NCBI GenBank assembly: GCA_965214775.1
Contig: OZ243974.1
Location: 2,358,632-2,390,631 of the forward strand
DNA length: 32,000 bases
Origin: Nitrosopumilus sp.
GTDB lineage: Archaea; Thermoproteota; Nitrososphaeria; Nitrososphaerales; Nitrosopumilaceae
Direction of reading: 5' to 3'
The stretch's first letter is position 1; each line of letters starts with the position of its first letter. A program made the position numbers and the translations under genes. Positions 1 to 8,663 of this stretch are shown in pieces. The notes beneath the pieces are model-generated. The model saw only the letters and a list, made by a program, of their open reading frames with translations, was not told the origin of the DNA and made no database searches.

Positions 1-731
1 ACGCCTCTCGTGCACACTGTTCGTTTGAATTCACCTACTTTGCACATCCGTCTAGCGACATGGAGGGACGCAACATCTATGTCTCTAGAAAGCAAATCGG
101 AAAATTCATGGCAAGGAAATTCCCTCTCAAAGAAGCGGATCTGGTCATTCCTGTTCCGGATTCTGCAAGACCCGCAGCTTTGGGATATGCACAAGAGCTG
201 GGAATATCATTTGACGAGGGATTGCTAAAGGACAGATACAGCAAAAAGGGCCCGTTGCGAAGTTTCATTGAACCCCACCAAAGTGACAGGGTGGACATTA
301 ACCGCTGGATCATTCCGATTACCCAAATCATCAAAGACAAGCATGTCGTAGTAATTGATGACAGTCTTGTAAGGGGCACCAGCTCCAGGGCAATCATCAA
401 GGCTCTGCGTCGGGCAGGTGCCAAAAAAATCAGCATGTTGATTACATACCCGCAAATCAACTATCCGTGTTACGCTGGAATTGATTTTCCCTCCCAAGAA
501 GAACTGGCAACCTATGTCAATGGAAAAACGATGACCTGTGATGAAATCACTGAAATGGTTAGACAGAGTATCGGCGTTGACTTTTTAGGGTATAATGATG
601 CTGAGAACCTGGCTGCTGCAGTCGGACTTTCAAAAGACTCTATGTGCTTTACATGCTCTTCGGGAAATTATGAATCCCTGGGCATAAAACCTGACTTTAC
701 AAAACGTGAGCAAGTAAAGGCAACAAACTAG
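1..731 (+). CDS. purF: amidophosphoribosyltransferase, C-terminal part (5' end lies outside window)
   Basis: The frame is open from the window edge (..SFEFTYFAHPSS..). It contains PVPDSARPAALGYAQELGI and the PRPP-binding loop VVVIDDSLVRGTSS, typical of glutamine-PRPP amidotransferase. Stop at 729-731. Confidence 0.9.
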   Translation, partial: ASRAHCSFEFTYFAHPSSDMEGRNIYVSRKQIGKFMARKFPLKEADLVIPVPDSARPAALGYAQELGISFDEGLLKDRYSKKGPLRSFIEPHQSDRVDINRWIIPITQIIKDKHVVVIDDSLVRGTSSRAIIKALRRAGAKKISMLITYPQINYPCYAGIDFPSQEELATYVNGKTMTCDEITEMVRQSIGVDFLGYNDAENLAAAVGLSKDSMCFTCSSGNYESLGIKPDFTKREQVKATN

Positions 732-812
732 AACCGATTTGGAGATTTTATTGCGTTAGGCAGCTGCCCTCTCTTCCTGCCGGCATGTTCTGCTGCCGCC
801 ATCCGGTGCCTG

Positions 813-1997
813 AGCCTGGCTTTCTAATGTGTATAGTCCAAAAAGTAGTTCACCCCTTCTCTGAGTGTGTAAAGTCGGTCAGGAGCAGATGTGCAAGCCT
901 GACCCACACTGGAAGTACAGGTGTGTGGGTCTGGCGACGAAAGCTCCGTAAATACGTGAGTCTTGAGCACCCAAACGGCATGAAGCTAGAGAAAAGCCAA
1001 GTACAATGGATAGTGAAAGAAAAGAAAAAGGGCGAGCTTACCAACGCCCAGATAGCCGGAACCATGGACGTGACAGTACGGTGGGTCCAGAAGCTGTGGG
1101 CCAGGCACAAAGGCTGCCCTGCGGCAAGCGAAATATCGCATCCTGCGCCAATGGGAAGGCCCCAGAACGGTCTGCCCGGACGCAGGGAGCACTCTGCAGT
1201 CATGTCTGCCAGACATGCAGAGCACATGGGGGCTGCCGGACTGCAGCAGCGCATAGCGAATCAGACCGGAATCCATATCCCGCACGGCATCATACACAAG
1301 ATACTGAGGGACGAGGAGATGGCAGAGGCGCAGCCCAGCAAGGGTACAAGGTACAGGTGGGTCCGATACGAGCGCGATCACTCAAACTCGCTGTGGCATA
1401 CGGACTGGAAGCAGATCCACGGCGGAATGCACGACGGCAGATGGTTCCTGTGCTACGAGGACGATGCCTCCAGGTTTGTGACCGGATATGGCATCTTTGA
1501 TAATGCCACGACCAAAAACGCCCTGGCAGTGCTTGAGACGGCAATAGAAAAGCACGGCAAGCCGGCCTCGATCATGACAGACCACGGCAGCCAGTTCTAT
1601 GCCAACGAGAAAGAGACGGCAAAAAAGAGGGGCGAAGGCGAGTTTGAAAAGAAACTGACAGAACTGGGAATACGGCAGATCCTGGCAGGCGTGGGACGAC
1701 CCCAGACCAACGGAAAGGTCGAGCGCCTCCACGGGGAGATCCAGCGCAAGCTGCACGAGTTCGAGGAGATCATGATGAGAAAAAGCGACCCGATAGACCT
1801 GTTCATGCAGTGGTACAATCATGACAGGCCCCACAGGTCGCTGGACTGGGACAATCAGGAGACGCCCGCACAGGCATTTCTCAGAAAGATGCCCAAGGAG
1901 GGGGAAACCGTTATTGACGGGCAGACAGGAGAGGAGTATGATGTCAAATAAGGGGGGGCGAACTACTTTCTGGATCCCACAGCCTGGCTTTCTAATG
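813..1997 (+). mobile_element. IS481-like insertion sequence (element 830-1980) with its 17-bp flanking direct repeats
   Basis: The left end tgtatagtccaaaaagtagttcacccc (830-856) pairs with the reverse complement of ggggcgaactactttctggatcccac (1955-1980), about 20 of 26 positions matching. There is a single DDE ORF inside. A perfect direct repeat agcctggctttctaatg lies at 813-829 and 1981-1997. Confidence 0.85.
980..1951 (+). CDS. DDE (rve-type) transposase/integrase of the IS481-like element
   Basis: The track ORF is 785-1951. The first ATG inside the element is at 980 (MKLEKSQVQWIV..). It has an HTH-like N-terminus and an rve core with WHTDWK, MTDHGSQF and PQTNGKVERLH (D, D, E regions). 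Confidence 0.85.
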   Translation: MKLEKSQVQWIVKEKKKGELTNAQIAGTMDVTVRWVQKLWARHKGCPAASEISHPAPMGRPQNGLPGRREHSAVMSARHAEHMGAAGLQQRIANQTGIHIPHGIIHKILRDEEMAEAQPSKGTRYRWVRYERDHSNSLWHTDWKQIHGGMHDGRWFLCYEDDASRFVTGYGIFDNATTKNALAVLETAIEKHGKPASIMTDHGSQFYANEKETAKKRGEGEFEKKLTELGIRQILAGVGRPQTNGKVERLHGEIQRKLHEFEEIMMRKSDPIDLFMQWYNHDRPHRSLDWDNQETPAQAFLRKMPKEGETVIDGQTGEEYDVK

Positions 1998-2034
1998 CGA
2001 TTTCGTTAAATATGCCTTGGAGTTATTTGTGTTA

Positions 2035-2313
2035 ATGCAGGCAGTTTGGAACGACGTCGTCATTGCCAAAAGCAACGACACTGTAGTTGTGGAGGGAAAC
2101 CACTATTTTCCAATCGACTCAATCAAAAAGGAATACTTTCAAAAGACAGACTTTACTACGTTTTGCGGCTGGAAGGGAACGGCTAATTACTATTCTGTCA
2201 CTGTCAATGGAAGGACCAACAAAGACTGTGCTTGGTATTATGCAGAACCAAATGATGCGGCCATGAAAATCAAGGGAATGGTTGCTTTTTGGAACGGCAT
2301 CAAAGTGGAATGA
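2035..2313 (+). CDS. DUF427 domain protein
   Basis: The translation has NHYFPIDSI, FCGWKGTANYYSV, CAWYYAEP and GMVAFW, which fit the DUF427 family pattern. ATG at 2035 is preferred over the TTG at 2017. Confidence 0.7.
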   Translation: MQAVWNDVVIAKSNDTVVVEGNHYFPIDSIKKEYFQKTDFTTFCGWKGTANYYSVTVNGRTNKDCAWYYAEPNDAAMKIKGMVAFWNGIKVE

Positions 2314-2548
2314 TTTCCAGATTTTTCTGGCTTGTAGTCTTCTGGCTTCAAAACGGCTAGTGGCAAAACATCCTGCAAGTGAATTTACACAGGATGATGG
2401 GCATTTGTTTTTGACTCAATCACAAGAAGATCCATGGGCAATCATAAAACCTGCAGATGCTGCAAGGAAAAAAAAGAAATGAGGCATGCAAACCAACATG
2501 GCGGGGTTGCCGTTTGTCTGACATGATTTTACGGCATTGAAAAACCGG

Positions 2549-2962
2549 CTATTTTTGAGCAGAATCTTCTTGAATTTTAATTGGAATTGTTTTGCCTTCT
2601 CTCAAAATGCTCAATGATCTAAACATTACTCCCTGAACCGTACTGCAGCCTGAAGAGCATTTGGAGTAGTCAAATTCATTCTTCTGGAAATTCTGACTCT
2701 TTTTAGATTTGTCTGCCGAAAATACGTATCCGAGTAATTTTTTTAGTCCTTTGCTCCCCCCAAAAGCCGCATCCTGCGTTACAAACCAAGACATTTCCAA
2801 TCCCTCGTATCCGTGCGGGAAGATTTTGCCTTTGAACTCTTTTCCGGCTTTTGAATAATGGCCTATCATGGTGATTTTGCCGTTGACTAGCTTGTCTGCC
2901 AACTTTGCATATGACGTGCAGGAGGCACACATGTCGTCATAGATTAGTACGGGAAAGTTCAT
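2549..2962 (-). CDS. DCC-family thiol-disulfide oxidoreductase (DUF393)
   Basis: MNFPVLIYDDMCASCTSYAKL carries the YDxxCxxC motif of the DCC family at the N-terminus. ATG (cat at 2960-2962) is chosen instead of the track start at 3031. Confidence 0.7.
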   Translation of the reverse strand: MNFPVLIYDDMCASCTSYAKLADKLVNGKITMIGHYSKAGKEFKGKIFPHGYEGLEMSWFVTQDAAFGGSKGLKKLLGYVFSADKSKKSQNFQKNEFDYSKCSSGCSTVQGVMFRSLSILREGKTIPIKIQEDSAQK

Positions 2963-3066
2963 GTCTGTTGTTGGCCTTTCTGACGTATATAGTATCCATC
3001 TCTCCCTCCCTCTCTCCCTTCGTTCATCCATCCATGCTTAATTACTAGCGTGACTAACTACACAAA

Positions 3067-3453
3067 GTGAGGCAGTACACGATACTCGTTGGCATTGGCG
3101 TTGGAGTCATAGGAATCATGGCCATAATATTTGGAATGGATGTTGTGAAACTGTCAGTATCGACACAGGATTATGATATTTTCGTGGATCCGATCTTGGA
3201 CAAGCAAAGCCTCTTTGTTATGGGCAGGGTGACAATTCAAAACACTGGCTCTGAGCCCTTGACAAACGTCCGCGTAAACTTTGGTTCTGGGGACACTCTT
3301 GATTTGGGAACCATCAAGGCAGGGCAAAAGATCATTGTTTCTCCACCTCCTGACAATCCGATGGAATTCGTAATGATCAGCGCCGATAATGACGTGTTTG
3401 TTAACAAAGCCTACCGCGAGATGCCAAAAATGGTTGGAATGATGGGCTCCTAG
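3067..3453 (+). CDS. hypothetical membrane-anchored protein
   Basis: 128-aa ORF with a GTG start. It has an N-terminal hydrophobic helix (ILVGIGVGVIGIMAIIFGM) followed by a beta-rich segment (RVTIQNTGSEPLTNVRVNF). No family was recognised. Confidence 0.5.
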   Translation: MRQYTILVGIGVGVIGIMAIIFGMDVVKLSVSTQDYDIFVDPILDKQSLFVMGRVTIQNTGSEPLTNVRVNFGSGDTLDLGTIKAGQKIIVSPPPDNPMEFVMISADNDVFVNKAYREMPKMVGMMGS

Positions 3454-3462
3454 CCCTAGCAG

Positions 3463-3473
3463 TTAAATTTAAT
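3463..3473 (+). promoter_or_regulatory. candidate TATA box for purC (leaderless geometry)
   Basis: ttaaatttaat is centred about 25 nt upstream of the TTG start at 3493. Confidence 0.3.
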
Positions 3474-3492
3474 CAGACTCAACAAAGTTTGT

Positions 3493-4320
3493 TTGAAATT
3501 TCTGACTGGTGGAAAGGTAAAAGATCTTTATAGCGTAGACGAGAAGACACTTCTTTTCAAATTCTCTGATCGTGTATCGGCCTATGATGTAAAATTCAGG
3601 CAAGACATCCCCAGAAAGGGGGAGGTGCTGTGCAAGTTTGCAGAATTTTGGTTTGATGAGCTGGACGTGGCAAACCACTTTGTAAAAAGAGAGTCTGACA
3701 CGGAAATTCTTGTAAAAAAAATGCAGATGCTTCCAATAGAGTGCGTGGTTCGGGGCTACTTTTATGGAAGTTACTTTGACAGATGGAAGAAAGGCAAGGT
3801 CGCAATTCCTAAAGGAGTAAACGATACTGCGATGGCATCAAAGCTTTCGTATCCGGTATTTGATCCTACGACAAAATCCGAGCATGATATTCCAATTGAC
3901 AAATCAAAAGCACTTGAGATGAAACTTGTAACTGAAAAACAGTATGACTGGCTGGAAAAAACCTCTGTTGACATTTATAAAAAAATGTCCTCTGTTGCAG
4001 ATTCGGCCGGGTTTATCCTGGCTGATTTGAAGCTAGAGTTTGGAGTTTTAGATGGACAGATCACATTAGGCGATTCAATAGGGCCTGACGAGTACCGCTT
4101 GTGGCCAAAAGACACTTTTGAAATTGGAAAAATCCAAGAGGCATATGACAAGCAGATATTACGTGATTGGCTGACTGCCAACGGCTACCAAAAGCAATTT
4201 GATGATGCCCGGGATGCAAGGAGAGAACCTGTCGCTCCGAACATACCTGATGAGATCATCTCAAAGATGACTCGACGGTATGTCGTTGCGTTTGAAAGAT
4301 TTGCTGGCAAGTCCCTTTGA
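3493..4320 (+). CDS. purC: phosphoribosylaminoimidazole-succinocarboxamide (SAICAR) synthase
   Basis: [28 protein letters not shown] and LADLKLEFG are characteristic PurC segments. Full-length 275-aa ORF. Confidence 0.9.
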   Translation: MKFLTGGKVKDLYSVDEKTLLFKFSDRVSAYDVKFRQDIPRKGEVLCKFAEFWFDELDVANHFVKRESDTEILVKKMQMLPIECVVRGYFYGSYFDRWKKGKVAIPKGVNDTAMASKLSYPVFDPTTKSEHDIPIDKSKALEMKLVTEKQYDWLEKTSVDIYKKMSSVADSAGFILADLKLEFGVLDGQITLGDSIGPDEYRLWPKDTFEIGKIQEAYDKQILRDWLTANGYQKQFDDARDARREPVAPNIPDEIISKMTRRYVVAFERFAGKSL

Positions 4321-4503
4321 TTGGATCATTACAGAGTAGAATTCATCTTTCAACTCGAATTCCTTTTTTGAAGATTTGCAAAAATCTGCCTGTTTGAGGC
4401 ATTTTGCCAGCCAAACGTCCGCATCCTCCCTTTTTTGGGGCCTTGTGAAAATTTTGACACTGCTACAAAATATCTTCCAATTATACTAGTTTTATCGTAA
4501 TAC

Positions 4504-4520
4504 TACCAATAATATTGGTA
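4504..4520. promoter_or_regulatory. perfect 8-1-8 palindrome, candidate operator upstream of the ArsR-type gene
   Basis: taccaata a tattggta. It is followed by the tandem direct repeats ttttcgtagcRgttacaat at 4533-4551 and 4554-4572. All lie in the 340-bp AT-rich intergenic region before 4660. Confidence 0.3.
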
Positions 4521-4659
4521 TAATTATGATGCTTTTCGTAGCGGTTACAATCATTTTCGTAGCAGTTACAATACTTTTGATACCGCTATAAAGTTTTTAG
4601 AAACAAAAAAAAATTAATGCAATTAGACAAAAAAATATGATATAGGGATCTTTTAGATC

Positions 4660-5184
4660 ATGCTGAAATCTACTTATTGTATGTCTACTCTGTTAGAAAA
4701 GCAAATCAAAGTAAATCGCATTGTTACGACAAGCACCGAGCATGCAAGGGCAATTGAAGACCCTGCCCGTGCAAAAATTGTGGAGATTCTGTATCGGCAG
4801 GCAATGTCTGCAGATCAAATCACCAAAGCGTTAAAAAAGACAGGTTACAAAAAAGCACTGACTACTGTCCGACACCACTTGGAGATCCTCAAAGAATCTG
4901 GCCTGATTGAAGTTGTCAAAATTGAAGAATCTCGCGGAGCCATAACAAAATATTACGGCACGTCTACAAAGTTACTTGACTTTGAAACTCCGAAAGATTT
5001 CGAGTCACAGTACTCAAAAGTCATAGATAACACGTCAGCCAAAATCGAAAAAATCCTCAAGGGACTTGCCCCAAAAACATCAAAAACAAAGGGAAAGAAA
5101 TCCCCAGAATACTCCCAGTATCTGGTCATGGAAATCATGAACCGGGCCATGACAAACGTGTTTGAAAATTCGGGTAAAAAATAG
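4660..5184 (+). CDS. ArsR-family winged-helix transcriptional regulator
   Basis: AIEDPARAKIVEILYRQAMSADQITKALKKTGYKKALTTVRHHLEILKESGLIE is a typical ArsR/SmtB HTH plus wing. The C-terminal half is unassigned. Confidence 0.7.
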   Translation: MLKSTYCMSTLLEKQIKVNRIVTTSTEHARAIEDPARAKIVEILYRQAMSADQITKALKKTGYKKALTTVRHHLEILKESGLIEVVKIEESRGAITKYYGTSTKLLDFETPKDFESQYSKVIDNTSAKIEKILKGLAPKTSKTKGKKSPEYSQYLVMEIMNRAMTNVFENSGKK

Positions 5185-5221
5185 TCGTTAAACCTAAGTA
5201 TTCCATGTGTGATATTATTGC

Positions 5222-5542
5222 ATGGTACGAGTGTTTTACAGCCAGAAGACAGAGGATCTCATAGAGAAGATGACCCTGACACACTGGAGGCAGCAGGTTC
5301 AAAACGAGCTTGGCAAAGAACATCAGAGCATGTCTGATAATTGGAAAATGTGTGCAATTGGCGAGCGCATACGCATAGAAGGAAAAGACCTAGAGTCAGT
5401 CAGGGATCTGTCTCCTGAGGCGATCCAACTGGGATATGACTTTTCAATTGCCATGCAAGAAAAAGACAACCAAAAAGCACTGGAAATAATAGCAAAAATT
5501 GAACAACTACCTACAATTTGGCGTGATGAGGAACATGGATAA
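5222..5542 (+). CDS. hypothetical protein
   Basis: 106-aa ORF whose stop overlaps the start of the next gene by 8 nt, suggesting an operon. No recognisable motif. Confidence 0.4.
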   Translation: MVRVFYSQKTEDLIEKMTLTHWRQQVQNELGKEHQSMSDNWKMCAIGERIRIEGKDLESVRDLSPEAIQLGYDFSIAMQEKDNQKALEIIAKIEQLPTIWRDEEHG

Positions 5543-5939
5543 AAGAGCTGCAAAATTATTTTCTCAAAAAAACCTGGCTTTCATTGCAACTGTGATGAAA
5601 GACGGTTCCCCACAAGTATCTCCTGTTTGGGCAAATTTTGAAGGTGGTTATGTTCTGGTAAATACTGCTGAGGGGCGCATAAAACACAAAAATGTTTTAC
5701 GGGATCCTCGAGTTGCAGTTTCAGTCGTTTCAAAAGATAACCCCTTGGACATGACTACAATTCGTGGTGTCGTTGAAGAATTGATTCCTGATTATGATTA
5801 TCGACATGCAGACAAATTAACCAGACAATATATGGGATGCAAACATTATCCCTTCAAACGCGATGGTGAAAAAAGAGTCATTCTAAAAATAAAGCCTGAC
5901 AGGGTTTTTGTTTTGCCTGATCTAAAGGTGTCAGAGTAA
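5535..5939 (+). CDS. pyridoxamine 5'-phosphate oxidase (PPOX) family protein
   Basis: LAFIATVMKDGSPQVSPVW and the following beta-barrel-like pattern resemble PPOX/F420-dependent family proteins. ATG at 5535 (MDKRAAKLF). Confidence 0.7.
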   Translation: MDKRAAKLFSQKNLAFIATVMKDGSPQVSPVWANFEGGYVLVNTAEGRIKHKNVLRDPRVAVSVVSKDNPLDMTTIRGVVEELIPDYDYRHADKLTRQYMGCKHYPFKRDGEKRVILKIKPDRVFVLPDLKVSE

Positions 5940-5951
5940 GAATTTATAATA

Positions 5952-5970
5952 TTTCTAAATTCGAATTTAG
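5952..5970. repeat. palindromic motif P, copy 0 (1 mismatch)
   Basis: tttctaaattcgaatttag lies immediately after the PPOX gene stop. It resembles the four island copies of gtttctaaattcgagtttagaaac. Confidence 0.5.
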
Positions 5971-6194
5971 CAATACAATCAATTTAATGCTGGACTGGAA
6001 AAAAGACTCAAAGACAGTTTGACGTTTTGTTGCTGCCTTTTCCTTGCATGACGATGCTGTTGCCGTTGCTGCCTTTGGAAGTCATCGTGACTTTTTTTGT
6101 AAAAATATTCGGTGTTGTGGAAAAACAAGTCATATACTAGACTACTTCAACTATTGAAAAATTTGACAGTTCTTGTGGTTTTAAAATTTATCGG

Positions 6195-6716
6195 TCAACA
6201 GTTGACCAGACAAACAGAAGCTGTATCGACTGTTGACTGTTCTTTTTGCGGCCTGATCAAAATTTTGTATTGCTTGTCTTCCTCAAACTGTACATCAAAC
6301 TGTGTGGTTCTTTGTACCGGTTTGCCAGGTTCTATTTTTTCAAATAACAAGTCATTTGCATCAAATTCGCCATAGGTTGCTTCTGTTTTTTTGTTGCCGT
6401 CAATAAAGAAGAACTGTCCTCCTGAGAGATTCGTCACTTTATTGCCGATATTTTTTGCGACAATCCCAATTTTTACGAATGTCTTTTCAGGCTTGACATC
6501 CTTGTTTCCTTCAAATGTCCCTTCAAACGTGACTATGTATTCTACAGGACCCACGATGATTGGCTCTCCTGCAATACCTGTCACAAAATTAGTTTGATAT
6601 TGAGCGTACGTGTACATGGCTATTCCCATAGAACCCACTACTGCCCCTATGACAATAACAATTCCCAGATTTACCATGAAATCTGCTGGCTTTTTTGGTA
6701 TATAGTTGAAGCGCAA
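6195..6716 (-). CDS. hypothetical membrane-anchored protein (weak DUF4352-like beta-sandwich resemblance)
   Basis: 173-aa ORF with an N-terminal TM helix (LGIVIVIGAVVGSMGIAMY). The pattern FVKIGIVAKNIGNKV..GGQFFFIDGN resembles DUF4352 only loosely. Confidence 0.5.
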   Translation of the reverse strand: MRFNYIPKKPADFMVNLGIVIVIGAVVGSMGIAMYTYAQYQTNFVTGIAGEPIIVGPVEYIVTFEGTFEGNKDVKPEKTFVKIGIVAKNIGNKVTNLSGGQFFFIDGNKKTEATYGEFDANDLLFEKIEPGKPVQRTTQFDVQFEEDKQYKILIRPQKEQSTVDTASVCLVNC

Positions 6717-7002
6717 AAAAAAACGATGCTGTTCAGAATCGTAATCCTAGGGCATATTTTTTGCAGTGATCTGCACTAAATCGCACATGATGCCTGCTGA
6801 CATCGCGGACGGATCTATTTGATGCAAATTCGTTTATGCATGATCCGAATTTGTTAATTTCAAAGCAACCCTCATGTTGATAAAACGACGAATGCGCAGC
6901 AGGGACAGGAAGTTTCTGCAAAATTTTTGCCTGCAAGACGTGTTAGAGTTTGAGGATCTGGTGAGCCGTAGAAATATGTCTTGGAAGAACTTTCGGATAC
7001 GA

Positions 7003-7083
7003 GGTCACCTACCCCCATCAGCTAGGCACGGATTAGCGTGCATGATTGTGATTTTCGTGCCTAGATGGTAGGGGGACGTGACC
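7003..7083. mobile_element. MITE family A (about 80-bp hairpin element)
   Basis: ggtcacctaccccc..ctaggcacg(27 nt)cgtgcctag..gggggacgtgacc has nested inverted repeats. Related copies are at 13576, 15103 and 25030, with longer variants at 10813, 23288 and 25999. Confidence 0.7.
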
Positions 7084-7254
7084 ACATACACTTTCGGGAT
7101 TAAATCCGTGCAAACTAGAGATATGGTGATCCAAAACACGCATGATCGGATCCGAGTCGACAAATCATGCCGGTAGTGCCTGTCTGGCAACAATACACGG
7201 TTGCATCTTGACTATCTATGTGATTTTCAGCGTACCTGCAGTGTATTTTTTATC

Positions 7255-7345
7255 GTAAGAGTTTACCCCTCAGGCGACACTGCTGGCCGGAGCCTTGATC
7301 ACCGTGCCTACCACGACGTATTTTCGGGAGGGGGTAAACTCTTAC
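7255..7345. mobile_element. MITE family B (91 bp)
   Basis: Terminal inverted repeats are gtaagagtttacccc / ggggtaaactcttac. It is flanked by a perfect 9-bp duplication ttttttatc (7246-7254 and 7346-7354). Confidence 0.85.
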
Positions 7346-7394
7346 TTTTTTATCCATCATAAACAATATAAGAATACATGGCACATTCATTATA

Positions 7395-7940
7395 ATGGAT
7401 GGTGCTAACATAACTGTCTCCGGACTCGTTCAGGGCGTGGGCTTTCGATACATGACAAGACGCCTGGCAAAAAAGCATGCATTAAAGGGCAAGGTCGAGA
7501 ACCTAGAAGACGAAACGGTACGCATTGTCTGCGAGGGGAAAAAGACCAACATTGAGGGATTCGCTGATGCAATACGTCGCGCCCCGGAGCCAGTCGAGGT
7601 AGATGATATCCATATAGAATACGTAAAGCCCACCGGCATGTATCAAAATTTTACGATTGTGATGGGGGATATGCTAAAGGAGATGGTGGAGGGTCACGCC
7701 ACGGGGGCCGTGTATCTCGACTTTATACTCCAGAAACAGGATCAGATGCTGGGAAAACAGGATCAGATGCTGGGAAAACAGGATCAGATGCTGGGAAAAC
7801 AGGATCAGATGCTGGGAAAACAGGAAGAAACCATTACAGAGATACGTACGCTGTCATCGAGCATACGTAATACGATGGATTCGCGTTTTCAGAGGCTTGA
7901 GGACGAGATAATAAAGATAAAAACAAAACTTTCCATATGA
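7395..7940 (+). CDS. acylphosphatase-domain protein with C-terminal repeat/coiled-coil extension
   Basis: VSGLVQGVGFRYMTRR and KGKVENLEDETVRIVCEG match the acylphosphatase signatures. The C-terminal about 90 aa contain KQDQMLG x4 and heptad-like sequence. Confidence 0.8.
   Translation: MDGANITVSGLVQGVGFRYMTRRLAKKHALKGKVENLEDETVRIVCEGKKTNIEGFADAIRRAPEPVEVDDIHIEYVKPTGMYQNFTIVMGDMLKEMVEGHATGAVYLDFILQKQDQMLGKQDQMLGKQDQMLGKQDQMLGKQEETITEIRTLSSSIRNTMDSRFQRLEDEIIKIKTKLSI
7734..7825 (+). repeat. perfect 21-bp tandem repeat x4 plus partial unit
   Basis: aaacaggatcagatgctggga is repeated four times (7734-7817), followed by aaacagga. It encodes KQDQMLG heptads. Confidence 0.95.
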
Positions 7941-8006
7941 ACACATTCGTGAATCTTTTGTATGTCAAACCAATTCGTCGCGTCTGTCAATCTTGCCTTT
8001 TCCTGT

Positions 8007-8120
8007 CTTCCTAAAAACGACGTGGTGAATCACCTGCTCAAATCATTGCCCAAGACTGACATCGGCATGGCTGAGCAGATCGACATAATTGGTTGTATCG
8101 CGCATGATCACCTGAAGTAG
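8007..8120 (+). pseudogene. 3' remnant of a second copy of the Doc-partner gene (paralogue of 9266-9481)
   Basis: 8007-8240 is near-identical to 9368-9601. It encodes ..KNDVVNHLLKSLPKTDIGMAEQIDIIGCIAHDHLK* with no 5' half. Confidence 0.8.
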
Positions 8121-8216
8121 CAAACATGCCGGCGTCACGCTCTGATCCTGCCTAAAACTCACAAGGAATGCAAGCCGGGCTCCCATGGTAGTAATGCCGT
8201 GCAAGGCATTAAAGTT

Positions 8217-8240
8217 GTTTCTAAATTCGAGTTTAGAAAC
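8217..8240. repeat. palindromic motif P, copy 1
   Basis: gtttctaaattcgagtttagaaac has 8-bp arms and a 6-nt loop, and is followed by atggattttt. Confidence 0.8.
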
Positions 8241-8310
8241 ATGGATTTTTGACAGTGTGCTACCCAATATGCGCCTGCAACGGAAGAATAGGAGGATTCA
8301 AGACAGAGAC

Positions 8311-8424
8311 ATGGGATACACTCTCACTGGCATCACGACTGAATACGTGGCAGGAGGCTGGCGCGTTGTAAGTTTTGTGGACTCGAAACGAAAGATTGTT
8401 ATGAGTCATTTGTATAGCGCGTAA
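8311..8424 (+). CDS. possible 37-aa ORF upstream of the zinc-ribbon gene
   Basis: MGYTLTGITTEYVAGGWRVVSFVDSKRKIVMSHLYSA is preceded by aggagg and ends 2 nt before the next ATG. It is disrupted by the MITE in copy 2. No homology was recognised. Confidence 0.25.
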   Translation: MGYTLTGITTEYVAGGWRVVSFVDSKRKIVMSHLYSA

Positions 8425-8426
8425 CC

Positions 8427-8663
8427 ATGAAAAAAGAGCAGATGTTACCATCTCCGACATTGATTCCACACGCAAACGGCAGGAAAAAAATCAAAAGATG
8501 CCCGGACTGCGGCAGTGACGATCTTACGAGGATAGCCTACGGGTATATGGAAATAACCGACAAGATTGAAAGGGCCATCACACGCAAAAAAATAACGCTT
8601 GGTGGTTGTTGCGTCGAACCGTACGATTGGCAATGCAACAACTGCGGTAATTTTTTTGAGTGA
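8427..8663 (+). CDS. small zinc-ribbon protein
   Basis: 78 aa with CPDCGSDD ... GGCC ... CNNCGN (two CxxC pairs). It is duplicated at 11981-12214. Confidence 0.6.
   Translation: MKKEQMLPSPTLIPHANGRKKIKRCPDCGSDDLTRIAYGYMEITDKIERAITRKKITLGGCCVEPYDWQCNNCGNFFE

Larger units (their letters stand above)
8217..8651 (+). repeat. 435-bp zinc-ribbon cassette, copy 1 (copy 2 at 11671-12205)
   Basis: By eye only three substitutions separate the two copies. Copy 2 additionally carries a 100-bp MITE-B plus TSD insertion. Confidence 0.9.

Noticed and set aside
785-979. N-terminal extension of the IS481-like transposase ORF (track start 785).
   Set aside because: It would begin outside the element, reading through the direct repeat and left inverted repeat. 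The first ATG inside the element (980) gives a typical HTH N-terminus.
850-1834. Long minus-strand ORFs (850-1254, 986-1381, 1382-1834) and the plus ORF 1006-1500.
   Set aside because: They lie entirely inside the G+C-rich transposase gene in alternative or antisense frames, with low-complexity Arg/Pro/Ala-rich translations. These are typical shadow ORFs.
2282-2482. 66-aa ORF downstream of the DUF427 gene.
   Set aside because: It overlaps the DUF427 3' end, has no motif or convincing promoter geometry, and ends in a poly-Lys run from an A-tract.
6733-7193. Small ORFs 6733-6936, 6874-7071 and 7005-7193 as genes.
   Set aside because: They have no motifs, overlap one another and the MITE-A hairpin, and lie in the transition zone, which is likely non-coding or degraded.
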